Assembly (NCBI GenBank): GCA_027027675.1
Contig: JALVKT010000092.1
Coordinates: 4,854-68,853, forward strand
Source: Thermofilaceae archaeon
GTDB taxonomy: Archaea; Thermoproteota; Thermoprotei; Thermofilales; Thermofilaceae
Direction: 5' to 3'
DNA: 64,000 nt
A program made the position numbers and the translations under genes. This document shows positions 44,307-53,680 of the stretch, in pieces (position 1 is the first letter of the stretch; each line of letters starts with the position of its first letter). Below the pieces are notes generated by a model. It was not told the DNA's origin. It worked only from the letters and a program-made list of their open reading frames with translations, and did not search any database.

Positions 44307-44522
44307 TTACCTGACCTTTATGGCGTAAAGCCCCTCCTTGCTTATCCCCATTAGACGGGCAACTTCAGAGTTCTCCGGCTTCACAATTATTATCAGCCCA
44401 TCCCATTCATAGGAAAACTCCCTATTCCCACAGTTAGGACACACCTCCGTCTTATCGTCTACGAGCATTTTGCACTTCGTACACGCCTTATAGGGAAGCT
44501 TGCGCCTAGGCATTACCCTCAC
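44307..44522 (-). CDS. spt4: transcription elongation factor Spt4
   Basis: Zinc ribbon CTKCKMLVDDKTEVCPNCG followed by EWDGLIIIVKPENSEVA. Confidence 0.8.
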   Translation of the reverse strand: MRVMPRRKLPYKACTKCKMLVDDKTEVCPNCGNREFSYEWDGLIIIVKPENSEVARLMGISKEGLYAIKVR

Positions 44523-45084
44523 CTAACTCCTTCTTCCTCTGCTCCTCAATCTGCTCTATCTTTCCAAGATAGGGCTGCCTCATAGTCATCCTAATCCTCA
44601 GCGACCCCTTATGAACATCGTAACTTACGCTTGTGACCCTTGCCCTAACGATGTCACCCTTCCTAATCGTAGTCTTAGACTTCATGTCAAATACGAGGCC
44701 CTGATCCCTATCATACCGTACTTCACGGCTGGGAAACACTTGTGATCTATGGATGAACCCCTCCTCCGCACCCAGCCTAACCCAGATGCCTATGTTTTCT
44801 ACAAGAATGACTTCTCCCTCCATAACCTCCTGCGGTATAGCCGCGAAAGTTAATGCTTTAAATTTTGCCGGATGATAAAGACTACCATCATTAAATGTTA
44901 GATAGCCATACTCTGATATCTCCACGTCTAAAACCGAGACAACCCTCCCCAGTCCCTCTACAACCTTTCCCTCATAGTTATTCCTTAGAACCTCCAACGC
45001 AGCCTCTTTAAGCGGCTTCGAAAAGTAGCGTGGAGGTATACGCACTATATCTTCGAGCTCAACCAGCTTATACATCACAGACAC
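44506..45084 (-). CDS. rpoE: DNA-directed RNA polymerase subunit E' (Rpo7)
   Basis: N-terminal Rpb7 fold (YKLVELEDIVRIPPRYF) plus a C-terminal S1 domain (GEVILVENIGIWVRLG...DIVRARV). Confidence 0.85.
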   Translation of the reverse strand: MSVMYKLVELEDIVRIPPRYFSKPLKEAALEVLRNNYEGKVVEGLGRVVSVLDVEISEYGYLTFNDGSLYHPAKFKALTFAAIPQEVMEGEVILVENIGIWVRLGAEEGFIHRSQVFPSREVRYDRDQGLVFDMKSKTTIRKGDIVRARVTSVSYDVHKGSLRIRMTMRQPYLGKIEQIEEQRKKELGEGNA

Positions 45085-45135
45085 CTCAGTTCTAAGTATT
45101 ACCGCTTCCCTAACCCCTCCTCCACTATATTAAAT

Positions 45136-46098
45136 CTATAGCTTGTCCTCCAGCCACTTTAGGACATACTCGGCTATCGCCCTTGCAAGAGGGGGAGGAA
45201 CAGCTTCTCCAACCTGGTTATACTGCGCGTCACGCCCCCCATAAAAGACGTGATGGTCGGGGAAGCCCATAAGGCGAGCCTGCTCCCTCACGGTAATAAT
45301 GCGGTCCTCGAAGGGATGAATAAACCTTGCAGAACCCATCACTGTAGGGGCAACGCGGTACGGGTGAAGCCTAACGAAGTTTCCCAGAACCCGTCCACCA
45401 TACCCCCTATAGTGTATGAGGGCCTCCCCCCACCTAAGCTTTGCCACGCGTTTTCGTTTCTTCCTGCTTAACGGCACATATTCATGGTTAGGAATACCGT
45501 AGTAGGGGTCAGGCGGCGGGAGGTCGCCTATAGCATCTATAACAGTCTTTTTGCCACGCCTGGGAGGCCTCAGCTCTATGTTAGAAACAAACACCCTAAC
45601 CCTATGGGAGGGCGTACCATACTCTTCCGCGCGCAAAATGTTAAAGTATATCGTATCATAGCCTACTCGAGCGAACTCTTCTCTAATAATCTTGTCCAAT
45701 CCCCCGTCCATTATTCCAGGCACATTTTCCATAACAAAGACTTTCGGCCGCAGATCCCCCACTATCCTTATATAGTGCAGCACGAGACGGCCACGAGGAT
45801 CCTCATAGAGCCTCTCCAAGGGATCCTTACGGCGCTGCGGGTTAGCCCTCGTATATGCTTCGCACGGCGGACCCCCGATGACCACGTCCACCCTACGCCC
45901 CTTTAGCATCCTCAAAATGTCTACACTGTGAACCTCCTGAATATCCTCGTCAACCATTACGGCTTCCGGGAAATTCCTACGGTATGTCTCCACAGCTGGA
46001 GGAAAATTCTCTATAGCTAACAACGGCTTGAACCCCGCCTGGACAAACCCCCTGCTAAACCCCCCACCCCCAGCAAACAGGTCGATGAACGTGTACAT
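45136..46098 (-). CDS. dcm: DNA (cytosine-5)-methyltransferase
   Basis: Motif I FIDLFAGGGGFSRG, motif IV GGPPCEAYT, motif VI ENVPG, motif VIII SHRVRVFV, motif IX TVREQARLMGFPD and motif X GEAVPPPLA. Confidence 0.85.
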   Translation of the reverse strand: MYTFIDLFAGGGGFSRGFVQAGFKPLLAIENFPPAVETYRRNFPEAVMVDEDIQEVHSVDILRMLKGRRVDVVIGGPPCEAYTRANPQRRKDPLERLYEDPRGRLVLHYIRIVGDLRPKVFVMENVPGIMDGGLDKIIREEFARVGYDTIYFNILRAEEYGTPSHRVRVFVSNIELRPPRRGKKTVIDAIGDLPPPDPYYGIPNHEYVPLSRKKRKRVAKLRWGEALIHYRGYGGRVLGNFVRLHPYRVAPTVMGSARFIHPFEDRIITVREQARLMGFPDHHVFYGGRDAQYNQVGEAVPPPLARAIAEYVLKWLEDKL

Positions 46099-46123
46099 AC
46101 ACGCCTCCCCTCCACCATATGGG

Positions 46124-46442
46124 GACCGGCTGGAGAGGCGGCCATACCCCCCCTTCTGTTCTAGCGGGATCCGTCTAAGGGTCCACCCGGGCCTCCCCCG
46201 CGGGCGCTCATAGGCCCTGCTTGACCCTAAAACCGCGGGACGGCCGTTTCACCCCGGCCACCACCGTCGTCTCCATCGGTTCATCCCCATACGCGTGGGC
46301 CGGGTCTCGTTTCTGCGCCGTAGCCACGGCTCTCGCCGTGCCGCTTACGCGGCCGCGGCCCGCGGAGTTTGGGGGAAGTTCCTCAGCCTACCCCGTCGCC
46401 GGGATAGGCCGACGCCCGCCCACCGCCTCTCCAGCCGGCCCC
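46124..46442 (-). ncRNA. rnpB: RNase P RNA (type A-like)
   Basis: On the minus strand, 5' CCGGCUGGAGAGGCGG pairs perfectly with 3' CCGCCUCUCCAGCCGG (P1). The P4-like GAGGAACUUCCCCC, GCGCAGAAAC, GGGGUGAAACGG and CUAGAACAGAAGGGGG elements occur in the expected order. Ends are approximate. Confidence 0.7.
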
Positions 46443-46462
46443 GAGATAGGGGCTCTACATTG

Positions 46463-46471
46463 AATATTTAA
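46463..46471 (-). promoter_or_regulatory. TATA box for RNase P RNA
   Basis: Minus-strand TTAAATATT lies 21-29 nt upstream of the P1 5' strand. Confidence 0.35.
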
Positions 46472-46510
46472 TCATTTGGATACTGGCAGCCAAGTTTTCG
46501 ATCAAGGAGA

Positions 46511-46836
46511 GGCCCGGCGGCGTCCCCCCGGGGTGGCCCCGCCTAGCCACAGGGGTGGTGAGCGCAGGCTTTCACCCCGCCGCCCCTGCGAACGCGGCCC
46601 GCAGGCCTTAGGGCCGCTCCCTCCCGGGCCTAACCCGTTTCGGCCTGAACGGTGCTTCAGCCTCCCCTACGGGAGACCTAGCACCACGGGCCGCCCCGCA
46701 GGGAGCGAGGCACATGGAGCCTGCAACTCACTCCCTGTGGCTGGTGTGAGGCGCCCCCGGGGGTTGACGCCCCCCGCCATGAAGCCCATTTGCGGTTACA
46801 GGGCAGGGCTAGCTCCCCGGGGCACCCGCCGGGCCG
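46511..46836 (-). ncRNA. ffs: signal recognition particle 7S RNA
   Basis: On the minus strand, 5' GGCCCGGCGG pairs with 3' CCGCCGGGCC. An internal AGGCCCGGGAGGGAGCGG matches the helix-8 SRP54-binding consensus, and a GGCCGAAACGG hairpin is present. Length is about 325 nt. Ends are approximate. Confidence 0.75.
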
Positions 46837-46853
46837 TGTGTGCACACATGTAT

Positions 46854-46868
46854 AGTATTAATAAACTT
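46854..46868 (-). promoter_or_regulatory. TATA box for SRP RNA
   Basis: Minus-strand TTTATTAATACTA lies about 20-30 nt upstream of the SRP RNA 5' end. Confidence 0.35.
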
Positions 46869-46873
46869 TTCGT

Positions 46874-47395
46874 TCACCTAGAGTATCTATATATCTCTTT
46901 TAACCTATCCACCCCTCCAATTTTAACTAGAATGTGGGCTACTGGTGGGGGAACGAGCTTTTTCCATTCATCCTTCCCCTCCGCGATAAGCTTTCTAATC
47001 AACGTTGCCTCATACTTGTCTCTTTCATAGAAAGGTATGGAGTACACCTTTATCCCTGCCTCCCTAAACAGCAGCCTACTCAGCGGATCATTTGTGTATG
47101 CCGAGTCAAACGGGGGAGAATAAGTCTTTACAACCGAGACCCACGTGCTGTGACGCGTGTCCGTGTCTGGTATAGCGGTTATCAAAACGCGGTTGAGTAG
47201 CCCCTCCGCCTTTAGCGTCTGCCAAATCATAAGGTACCTTTCACCTACCGTAAAGGGGTTTCTCCAAGTGTGGCTGTACTGCGCGCTACCGATCCCTAGT
47301 ACAAGCTCATCCTCCCTCTCAAGTATCCACTTTACAGCGTGTAAATGGCCGTTATGGAAGGGCTGGAAACGGCCGATATAGAGAGCCCGCGACAC
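46874..47395 (-). CDS. nadM: nicotinamide-nucleotide adenylyltransferase (archaeal NMNAT)
   Basis: YIGRFQPFHNGHL motif. Size is 173 aa. Confidence 0.85.
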   Translation of the reverse strand: MSRALYIGRFQPFHNGHLHAVKWILEREDELVLGIGSAQYSHTWRNPFTVGERYLMIWQTLKAEGLLNRVLITAIPDTDTRHSTWVSVVKTYSPPFDSAYTNDPLSRLLFREAGIKVYSIPFYERDKYEATLIRKLIAEGKDEWKKLVPPPVAHILVKIGGVDRLKEIYRYSR

Positions 47396-47414
47396 GGTAG
47401 AAAGAAAGGCTGGG

Positions 47415-50400
47415 CTACTTTTCTACCTTATTTATGATTTCTTCATAAAACTCTGTGAGGACATCCTTATAGTCCATCTTGCCCTCCTCTATCAGATCCA
47501 TGTATCTCTGCACCTCTCTAGTCCTCTCCTCCGACACGAGTTCCGGATAGTTGCTGGTCAAGTAATCGTACACACGTAGCCCCAGCTTCGTGGGGACAAG
47601 TTTCCCGTTTTTAACCTCGATAACATAATGCCTGTCAAGCAGCGTTTTAACGATCTTAGCGTACGTGGAGGGTCTCCCAATACCCCTCTCCTTCATGAGG
47701 CGTATAAGGTCAGCCTGGGAGTAGAGCGGCACAAGCGGAACCTTACGGTAGGTCACTGACTTGACCTTGTACTTCCCTGGCTCCAGGAGCGGCCTAGTCT
47801 CGAAGGGCAGTACTTCGGTAAACCCTTTCTCTACAACCTCTTTTATCGTGGACAACTCTTTTTCAAAGTTAAAGCCCCTTATCTTCAAGGTAACCTCTCG
47901 AACCTTCGCTGGGGGCATCTGGCTCGCAATAAATCTTCTAAAGATCATGTCATAGAGCCTGTAATGAAGCCTTGTGAGCTGTGTTGGAAGCTGGATTATA
48001 CCCTGCCTTATAAGGTTCATCAGAGTCTCCGTGTCTATAGGCCTGGTCGGCCTGATGCATTCATGCGCTCCCCCCTCGCCCCAGCGGCGTGGCACAAACT
48101 TTTCTTCTCCAAGCTTCTCGGCTATGTATTCGCGGGCAACCCTTATACCCACGTCTGAGACACGGGTACTATCGGTTCTATGATACGTGATAAGGCCTAG
48201 CTCGAAGAGGTTCTGCGCCAGTCTCATAACCCTGTCGACGCCGATCCTAAGCCTCTGCGAGGCATCCCTGAGCAGAGTATCCGTCGTGTAGGGTGGAGGC
48301 GGGTTCACTGTTTTCTCGCTTTCACCGATGATCGATACTTCAACGCCGGCTTCGGCTATTTTCTCCGCGGCCTCTTTAGGCTTAAGAGAGTCCAGCTTTA
48401 CGTTGTCCGCAAGGATGTAATAGTCATTTTCGAGAACTATCCTAAAGACGGGGCGGATGCTTTCCTTGGATTCCTTGTACCTCTCAATGACCCAGCCCAG
48501 AACAGGGGTCTGAACTCTACCGGCGGAGAGCCACTTCATGCCAAATACACTCCAAAGCTTCTTGCTCAGGGAGAACCCTATCCAGCGGTCCTCGACGCGG
48601 CGTACAATCTGAGCCTCAACGAGGCGCGTGTTAAGGCCGCGCATATTCTTGAGAGCCTCTTCGAAGGCCCTCCGCGTGACCTCGTGGAACTCTATACGGT
48701 CTATCCTGGGCACGTATGGTTTAAGCACAGCCGCGATGTCCCAGGCTATCTTTTCACCCTCCGTGTCAGGGTCTGTCGCGAGTAGGACCTCGTCAACCTC
48801 CCTCGCCAGGCGTCTAAGAACGTTTACTGTATCGCTTTGATCAACTATGTTTCCGCTTCCGCAGCGCGGGCACACGCGCTTAATCTTTATCTTTCCATCC
48901 ACGATCTCTATCGGGTAATCTGTAAACTGTTCTCCACAGTCGCGACACCGCTTAAGCGTGGTGTAAACTGGTAGGAACAGCTTTTTAGATGGGTCGACCA
49001 GGACGCCGTGATAATCCTTCAAGCCGTTATACGTGTACTCAGTCGTTGTGATATCGAACATGTGCCCCCTGCTCGCTATTATTTGTAGTATAAAGTTCCC
49101 CGTAGAGGTCTCATACGCGGTGAGGCCGCCTACGAGACGCTTAGAGGGTTTGCCGAAGAAAGCCGCGATAGTTCTCGCCTTGGTTGGCGACTCCACTATA
49201 ACCAGAGCGGTCTTCACGAGGTCTTTTATTTCATCGACCCGTAGTTTCCCCTCTATAAGCTTTCTTATAAACTCCCTCTCAGCATCGATCTCTCTCATCA
49301 AGGCGTCAAGGTCTATTTCCTCTAGACGGCGCCACTCTATTTCCTCACTATACCAATGCGACATTTTCACAAGGTTTTCGAAAAGCTTCTTGTTGTCAAC
49401 CACAACAACCGAGAGCCCCTTTGAGACGCCTTTAGCGTACATCCTAGAAACTCTACCTGAAGCCTGAAGGTACGTCATAACGTCTGGGAGCAAAAAGAAG
49501 AGCTGGCCGTTTTCGCGGTGAATCACCAAGTTTGTCTTCTCCTCGATTAAAGACAGGTACTTCTCCGAGGACAGGTACTTCCTAATAATATTCTTCAGCC
49601 TGTCTATCCTCCGCGCAAGCGTTACGAATTTTCCCTTCACCTCGCCCGTCTTATACGCCTCTATAAATGCCTGATAGGTCGCCGCGTCCATCCCCTGGAG
49701 CCATCTCCTGATACTTGCCACGAGCCTATCGATGTCTCCCTGATCCCTCCCCTCAGCTATCTCCCTCACAGTTGATGCTATCTGAAGCAGACGGGCAGGT
49801 GAGACCTCCTCAACCTCGCCTGAAAACTTGAAGTGTGGTACTCCAGCGAAGACCGCGTATCTAATTATGTGTGGAAGATCAAGCCCCCTCACAAGTATGC
49901 CATAATAAGTTGCAACACCGATGAGAACATCTAACTCCCCCCTAGCGTATTTCTCCACGACACCCTTCTCCTTGCCGTAGATATACTCCGCTCGCAGCCC
50001 CTTCCCAGATATCTTCTCTTTCAAAAGGGAGAGTGTCTCCTCACCATACCCCATTGGGACAAATACTAGGCCGCCGCTGCCTAGCCTGCCCACAAGCTCC
50101 GCTACGGCGTCTAAAACCTTCTTGGCGTCCGGAGGCTCTGTATAAGTGTCAACAACGTTTCTGAGGAGTTCAGCCCGTGAGCCTATCTCGAATCCCAGCA
50201 GCTCTCTGAAGAGCCGAATTCTAAGGCCTCTCGGTCTACCGGTGGCTGTAGAGATGACAAGCACTCCCGGTTTTATGTGACGCTTTCTCTGCTCCAACGT
50301 TTTTTCTAGTTTCGTTATTTTCTTCCTTAACTCCTCCGCTTCATCCTCGTTTCTCCGTAAGGCGGCGTAGAGCTTAAGCCTGCTATAGATTATCTCGTAC

Positions 50401-51158
50401 GCGGTGTTTATGTCGTCCTGCTCGAACCCGAGAAGCATCAACACCTTGTCGATGTGCTTGGAAGACTTCATTATCGAGTCGACATCGTCAACGTAGACCA
50501 GGTCAAACTTTATACCACTTACTTTGTCAAAATTTTTCGTCAAAAACTGGGACGTAGATATAAATATGTCAAAGTCGCCGGAGCTGAGCTTTTCGAAAAG
50601 CTCTTCCTTCCTCTTCTTCCCTATACGGGAAAAATAGGCCAGAATCCTATCCTCTCCTACCCCGGCCTTCTGAGCCATTGAAACCGTTTTATCATAAACC
50701 TGCTTTACAAGTACAGTCGTTGGGAGTATAAAGTATGTCTTCTTTTTCCTCTTGGCGTTGTATAGTGACATTATTATGCCAAACACCGTCTTCCCGACAC
50801 CTGTGGGGGCCAATATAGTGAAGCTTTCACCAAGCAAGACGCGCTTCGCCCACGCCCTCTGAGCGCTCCACGGCTTATTCCCGAGGAGATTCCTGAAAAA
50901 CTCGCTGAAATTCCTAGCTTCCCTCTCCAGCCTGTAAAGCTCTACGTACTTTTTGAGGGTTCCCTGCCGTTTTAGGGTCTTGTAGATGTACTCTACTATT
51001 AGGAAAAACTTCTCAGTATCGTCGCCCTCGGGAATATTCCCCAAAAAACGGTCTTCCAGGCATTTTTCGCATGGAGCGCTTAAAAAAAGCCTCGTGTCTA
51101 GGAGGTCGCCGCCACAGTTAGGGCATTCCTCGCGGAATACTGCATGAGCGTTTTCCAT
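47415..51158 (-). CDS. rgy: reverse gyrase
   Basis: 1247 aa. N-terminal zinc finger CPNCGG...CEKC, helicase-like domain (APTGVGKT, DDVD) and a C-terminal topoisomerase IA domain (VESPTKA, TDPDTEGEKI, GLITYHRTDS). Confidence 0.95.
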   Translation of the reverse strand: MENAHAVFREECPNCGGDLLDTRLFLSAPCEKCLEDRFLGNIPEGDDTEKFFLIVEYIYKTLKRQGTLKKYVELYRLEREARNFSEFFRNLLGNKPWSAQRAWAKRVLLGESFTILAPTGVGKTVFGIIMSLYNAKRKKKTYFILPTTVLVKQVYDKTVSMAQKAGVGEDRILAYFSRIGKKRKEELFEKLSSGDFDIFISTSQFLTKNFDKVSGIKFDLVYVDDVDSIMKSSKHIDKVLMLLGFEQDDINTAYEIIYSRLKLYAALRRNEDEAEELRKKITKLEKTLEQRKRHIKPGVLVISTATGRPRGLRIRLFRELLGFEIGSRAELLRNVVDTYTEPPDAKKVLDAVAELVGRLGSGGLVFVPMGYGEETLSLLKEKISGKGLRAEYIYGKEKGVVEKYARGELDVLIGVATYYGILVRGLDLPHIIRYAVFAGVPHFKFSGEVEEVSPARLLQIASTVREIAEGRDQGDIDRLVASIRRWLQGMDAATYQAFIEAYKTGEVKGKFVTLARRIDRLKNIIRKYLSSEKYLSLIEEKTNLVIHRENGQLFFLLPDVMTYLQASGRVSRMYAKGVSKGLSVVVVDNKKLFENLVKMSHWYSEEIEWRRLEEIDLDALMREIDAEREFIRKLIEGKLRVDEIKDLVKTALVIVESPTKARTIAAFFGKPSKRLVGGLTAYETSTGNFILQIIASRGHMFDITTTEYTYNGLKDYHGVLVDPSKKLFLPVYTTLKRCRDCGEQFTDYPIEIVDGKIKIKRVCPRCGSGNIVDQSDTVNVLRRLAREVDEVLLATDPDTEGEKIAWDIAAVLKPYVPRIDRIEFHEVTRRAFEEALKNMRGLNTRLVEAQIVRRVEDRWIGFSLSKKLWSVFGMKWLSAGRVQTPVLGWVIERYKESKESIRPVFRIVLENDYYILADNVKLDSLKPKEAAEKIAEAGVEVSIIGESEKTVNPPPPYTTDTLLRDASQRLRIGVDRVMRLAQNLFELGLITYHRTDSTRVSDVGIRVAREYIAEKLGEEKFVPRRWGEGGAHECIRPTRPIDTETLMNLIRQGIIQLPTQLTRLHYRLYDMIFRRFIASQMPPAKVREVTLKIRGFNFEKELSTIKEVVEKGFTEVLPFETRPLLEPGKYKVKSVTYRKVPLVPLYSQADLIRLMKERGIGRPSTYAKIVKTLLDRHYVIEVKNGKLVPTKLGLRVYDYLTSNYPELVSEERTREVQRYMDLIEEGKMDYKDVLTEFYEEIINKVEK

Positions 51159-51260
51159 AGTAGCTCTATACCTTACATCGAGGGGGTGTGAAAAATATTC
51201 TTATCTTCATTTAACGCGTGGGATACAGTAAAATATATTAAATGGGAAAAAGGAAAGATT

Positions 51261-52205
51261 TTATTTATATACCTCGGCTAGCCGTTCAAGTTCCTTCCAG
51301 TTCTCCTCTATGTCCCGCTTAATCTCCTCTAAGAGCCAGCGGTTCTCAGGCCTAAGGAGGTGCCTGAAGCGTCCCTGAAGCTTAAAGTAGTCCTCCACGG
51401 GCTTCGGCTTCTTTACTGGAACGGTGATCCTGATCTTCCCGTTATCGTATTCGTAGAGCGGCCATATACGGGTCTGTACTGCTAGGCGCGCCACCTCTAT
51501 GCTCCTGCTCGGGTCGAAGTACCAGCCGGTGGGGCACGGCGTGAAGTAGTGGAGCACCGTGGGTCCCGGGGTGTTAGCAGCTTTCACGATTTTATTGTAC
51601 ATGTCAACCGGGTACGCGGGGTTCATGGTGGCAGCGTACTTTATGCCGTGCGCTATCGCTATCCTAATCAAGTCCTTCTTCTTCTCCTGCTTTCCTGGGA
51701 TAACTTTCCCAGCGGGGCTGGTTGTCGTATGGGCTCCCTTGGGGGTAGCGCCTGAGCGCTGTATCCCCGTGTTCATGTAGGCCTCGTTGTCGTAGCATAT
51801 GTACATGATGTCGTGCCCCCTTTCCAGCATGCCGCTGAGCGCCTGGAAGCCTATGTCGAAGGTGCCGCCGTCACCGCCAAACACTATAACCTTGTACCTC
51901 TTTTTGCCGTACTTTTTCTCTAGCATCTTTATCGCTGCCTCGACGCCGCTGGCGGTGGCTGCCGCGTTCTCGAAGGCGTTGTGGACCCATGGCACTTTCC
52001 AACTAGTATACGGGAAAATCGTAGTCGCTACTTCAAGGCATCCAGTGGCGTTTACGACTACCTTGGGGTCAGGCACGGCCTTTAAAGTGAAACGCACAAC
52101 CTGCGGGATGCCGCATCCCGCGCAGAGCCTGTGGCCAGGCGCAAACTGCTCTACCCTCGGAATATCCTTAAGGGTTTTAATCGGCTTCGCCTCCATATTC
52201 ACCAC
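51261..52205 (-). CDS. 2-oxoacid (pyruvate/2-ketoisovalerate):ferredoxin oxidoreductase beta subunit
   Basis: The TPP motif GGDGGTFDIGFQAL and the Cys ligands CAGCG and GCLE. Confidence 0.85.
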   Translation of the reverse strand: MVNMEAKPIKTLKDIPRVEQFAPGHRLCAGCGIPQVVRFTLKAVPDPKVVVNATGCLEVATTIFPYTSWKVPWVHNAFENAAATASGVEAAIKMLEKKYGKKRYKVIVFGGDGGTFDIGFQALSGMLERGHDIMYICYDNEAYMNTGIQRSGATPKGAHTTTSPAGKVIPGKQEKKKDLIRIAIAHGIKYAATMNPAYPVDMYNKIVKAANTPGPTVLHYFTPCPTGWYFDPSRSIEVARLAVQTRIWPLYEYDNGKIRITVPVKKPKPVEDYFKLQGRFRHLLRPENRWLLEEIKRDIEENWKELERLAEVYK

Positions 52206-52206
52206 C

Positions 52207-53400
52207 TCACTCCTTCAAACCAACCCAAATCTGCTCCTCCTCAACTTCACCCTTCTTTAGAACCTCCTCAGCCTTCTCCACCACGCCCTCTATATGGACA
52301 GGCGTGAGGTCGCGCCCGCCAAGCCCGTATATCACGTTGAAGAGCAGCGGACGGTGCTTAGCATTGTAGAGCGTAGAGGCGACGTCCATGTACAGCTGCG
52401 CGCCTGGGCTACCGAAGCTTATACTCCTGTCCATCACCGCGAGCACCTGTAGGTTCTTCACAGCCTCTACAAGCTCCTTCTTCGGGAATGGGCGGTACTG
52501 CGTCAAGCTTATCACGCCCACCTTCTTCCCCTTCTCCCTAAGCTGGCGGACCACGTGGCGCACGGAGCCCGCGGAAGAGCCGAGGATCATTATTCCAATG
52601 TCCGCGTCTTCAACACCCATCGTTTTGACTGGAGTGTACCTGCGGCCGCTAATCTCGGCATACTCCTCAAAGACCTCCTTGATCACGGGGGGCACGTTGT
52701 TGTTAAAGTGATAGTCCTGGAGCTTTTTGTGCTCCATGTACCAATCGTAGAGGTCGAGTGGGCCGTAGGTCTTCGGTGCCTCAGGGTCTATCGGGTTATA
52801 GGGCTTCTTGGGCGGCAGGAACTCCTCCACGGTCTTGTCGTCCAGTACGTAGAGCCCCTCTAGGGAGTGAGTCAGTATGAAACCGTCCAGGTTTATAATG
52901 CTTGGGAACAGCACCCTGTGGTCCTCGGAAACCTTGAATGCCTGGAGGGTCAAGTCGTAGGCCTCCTGGACGTTTTCGGCGAAGAACTGTATCCAGCCCG
53001 TGTCACGTGCAGCGTACGCGTCGTCGTGGGAGCAGTGAATGTTGATGTTGGGTGAAAATGCCCTGTTGCCCAGGGCCATGACTATTGTTGTCCTCATGCC
53101 AGCGGCTATCCACAGTATCTCATACATCAGAGCTAGGCCCTGACTAGCGGTAGCTGTGAAGACGCGCGCGCCAGCCAGCGACGCGCCTACGGCCGCTGAG
53201 AGGGCGGAGTGCTCGCTCTCCACGGGTATGAAGGCCGCGTCCAGCTCTCCGTTATTGATATACTTTGCTAGAGTTTCGACTATGATTGTCTGCGGCGTGA
53301 TGGGGTACGCGGATACCACATCCACGTTGGCCTGCTTCGCTGCGAAGGCTACAGCAGTATCCCCGTTCAAGCCTACACGCTTACCCTTCATCTCACTCAC
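52207..53400 (-). CDS. 2-oxoacid:ferredoxin oxidoreductase alpha subunit
   Basis: GDTAVAFAAKQANVDVVSAYPITPQT...ESEHSA is the typical PorA/VorA N-terminus. Confidence 0.85.
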   Translation of the reverse strand: MSEMKGKRVGLNGDTAVAFAAKQANVDVVSAYPITPQTIIVETLAKYINNGELDAAFIPVESEHSALSAAVGASLAGARVFTATASQGLALMYEILWIAAGMRTTIVMALGNRAFSPNINIHCSHDDAYAARDTGWIQFFAENVQEAYDLTLQAFKVSEDHRVLFPSIINLDGFILTHSLEGLYVLDDKTVEEFLPPKKPYNPIDPEAPKTYGPLDLYDWYMEHKKLQDYHFNNNVPPVIKEVFEEYAEISGRRYTPVKTMGVEDADIGIMILGSSAGSVRHVVRQLREKGKKVGVISLTQYRPFPKKELVEAVKNLQVLAVMDRSISFGSPGAQLYMDVASTLYNAKHRPLLFNVIYGLGGRDLTPVHIEGVVEKAEEVLKKGEVEEEQIWVGLKE

Positions 53401-53680
53401 CCTCCATCTTCATCTCAATAGCGTGAACAGGGCACACGTTAGCGCAGATGCCGCATCCCTTACAGTAGTCGTAGTCTATCTTTACGAGGTCGTCCTCAAG
53501 CCTTATAATGGCCGGCTCGGGGCAGTGGATCCAGCATAGGAGGCATCTTATACACTTGTCCTCGTTGAGTACAGGCCTTAGAGCCCTCCAGCTTCCAGTC
53601 TTAAACTTTAGGGTGGTGGCTGGCTCAGGAATAATCTTCCCTATCGGTAGCTCCTTCCAACTCTTCCACTCAATACTCAT
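53393..53680 (-). CDS. 2-oxoacid:ferredoxin oxidoreductase delta subunit (2x[4Fe-4S] ferredoxin)
   Basis: CIRCLLCWIHCP and CKGCGICANVCP cluster motifs. Confidence 0.85.
   Translation of the reverse strand: MSIEWKSWKELPIGKIIPEPATTLKFKTGSWRALRPVLNEDKCIRCLLCWIHCPEPAIIRLEDDLVKIDYDYCKGCGICANVCPVHAIEMKMEGE

Noticed and set aside
46221-47030. Track ORFs 46221..46463 (80 aa) and 46476..47030 (184 aa) as protein genes
   Set aside because: They have an extreme Pro/Arg/Gly/Ala composition. They lie antisense within regions that fold as RNase P RNA and SRP RNA, and the second also overlaps the nadM 3' end. They are better explained as GC-rich structured-RNA DNA.
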